Of a stretch of DNA of 64,000 nucleotides, positions 62,546-64,000 are shown in pieces. Numbering within the stretch: position 1 is the stretch's first letter; every line of letters starts with the position of its first letter. Source of the DNA: Lama glama (Eukaryota). The stretch covers positions 54,624,001 through 54,688,000 of the forward strand of contig CM052816.1 in assembly GCA_028534125.1 (NCBI GenBank). Reading direction: 5' to 3'. The position numbers were made by a program, and so were the translations under genes. The notes beneath the pieces are model-generated. The model saw nothing but the letters and a program-made list of their open reading frames with translations. It did not search any database and was not told where the DNA came from.

Positions 62546-64000
62546 GGAGGCGCTGGTGGTGGTGGGGTCTATCTCAAGCAATTTCTTGGGAGACGCAGAG
62601 CCTTCCCATTGTTATGCAGAGATTTATGGGCTCCAGCTCATAAATGATCGCTCTTCCTGCTTTGTCTCCTGATAACAAACAGCATACCTGCCTCGCCCTG
62701 GGTCTGGACTCCGCAGTCACAAAGACTTTCTCAGACCTGTGTGACTCCCAGCCAGGGCTCCGGAATTCTCACTCTCCACCCCCTGAAATCAAGATAAGAG
62801 CTTTCTCCTTACCTCATCTCCCCAGGAGGCAGTTTTAAGTTAAAAAAAAAACAAAAGTGGAAGATTCTAGTTTCTAAAGTTGGTAGTTGCAGTTTGAGGA
62901 AGGAGGGCTCTGGGCCACAGGGTGGGGGCTGGGGAGGACAAACAAGTTCAGAGGGTGGTTGCCATGGGGATTCCTGCGTAAAAATTTCTTTACCTTGGCC
63001 AAGAGGAGAAAGAAAAACCGGGGGAGAGGAACCCGAGGGAGGAGCCTGACAGTGGCGCAGAGCCCCAGGGTTCTGACATGTCCCTTGTCCTGCACAGTCA
63101 GTCCTTCTGGCTCCTGTGACCATCCTGGCCTCCCGCTTCCCGCCCACATAACCCTGAGAAACTCAGGAGTCATGTCCTCTCCAAGCTGAAACATCTGGAA
63201 CAACCTTCAGGCTGTGACTTTTGACCCTCCTAGATCTGCTCAGCAGATTTTACTTTTTTTTTTTTTTTTAACATTTTCTTTTATAGAGTTAAAGTAGATT
63301 TTACTTTCTTTTGCTCATGCCTTCCCAGATGCCAGTTGCAGATCACTCCCAAGAAGACGCAGCTTCTCTCCGACCAGCCAGCGCAGGGCATGCCTGGACT
63401 GGCAGCCCTGGCCTAAGATGGCTCTTGGCCTGGAGAACCACCACTCTTAAGAGGAGAAGGGGGCAGACGCCAGTCAGAGTGTCCAACACACAACAGTATC
63501 TCTAAAGAAAAAACTCCAGGATAGGTTCTGAAGACTGAAACATCTCTCTAAAATAACCATTCTAGCCCACCTGAAAAAGAAAATTAAAGGCTCCAAACTG
63601 TAGGATTATGGAATGATAGACCCTGGGGAGGCCAGAATGAATGCATGGGAGCAGAAGGCACATGTGAAACGCCCGCACTGCCAGTTAATGATGGATCCTG
63701 TCGGAGCAGAATTCCCAGGCACAGCCAGCCACATCCTGATGTGGCCTGGGGTCCTGTTCTTCCCTGTCCCCAGGAACATATTAAGATCACCACAGAGAGA
63801 AGCAGAGTGATAAGGATTTTTATATTCATAGTTGCTTTCCATAAAATGCAAAATGAACAGATGTGTAAGAGTTCTTGGGTCAGCAGTCTTTTATCTCCCT
63901 CGAGGCTTTTTAAATTGCCGGTGGAGTGCAATTAGCAAAAATCCAGACCGTGGGAAAATCTACAAACAAATAACCTTGTTGTCTTCAACAAACAAATTGC

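Noticed and set aside
1..64000. CRISPR arrays, operons or other prokaryotic-type systems; AGGF1 or F2RL1 exons
   Set aside because: The sequence is mammalian with no spaced repeat arrays, and no exon of the expected flanking genes was recognised within the window.

Overview
Mammalian genomic DNA, most likely camelid: it carries six tRNA-Ala-derived Vic-1-like SINEs and an artiodactyl-type CRHBP signal peptide. Two protein-coding genes lie on the minus strand. CRHBP is complete (7 coding exons, 16647->4665, 969 nt, 322 aa, all introns GT-AG, TATA box at 16762-16768, AATAAA at 4054-4059). S100Z has two coding exons (48962-48822 and 46955-46797, 99 aa). Between them is a processed FAU (FUBI-eS30) retrocopy with target-site duplications and no native start codon. 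The rest is mostly interspersed repeats (young and old L1, L2, MIR, MaLR/ERV LTRs, Tigger and hAT fossils), microsatellites and one 100-N assembly gap. I found no evidence of a new multi-gene system. The most interesting local signals are: (i) the FAU retrocopy sits 31 bp downstream of a TATAAAA and has an in-frame ATG inside its own TSD; (ii) S100Z may be a compact 3-exon gene with a degenerate post-stop splice donor; (iii) a ~100-bp non-TE segment is duplicated on both sides of CRHBP exon 6; (iv) a NAGNAG acceptor lies next to the CRHBP cleavage site; (v) there are three poly(A)-only insertions with TSDs; (vi) microsatellites arose repeatedly at one L1 position. Repeat family names and human or rodent comparisons come from memory of consensus sequences, not from a search, and repeat boundaries are approximate.
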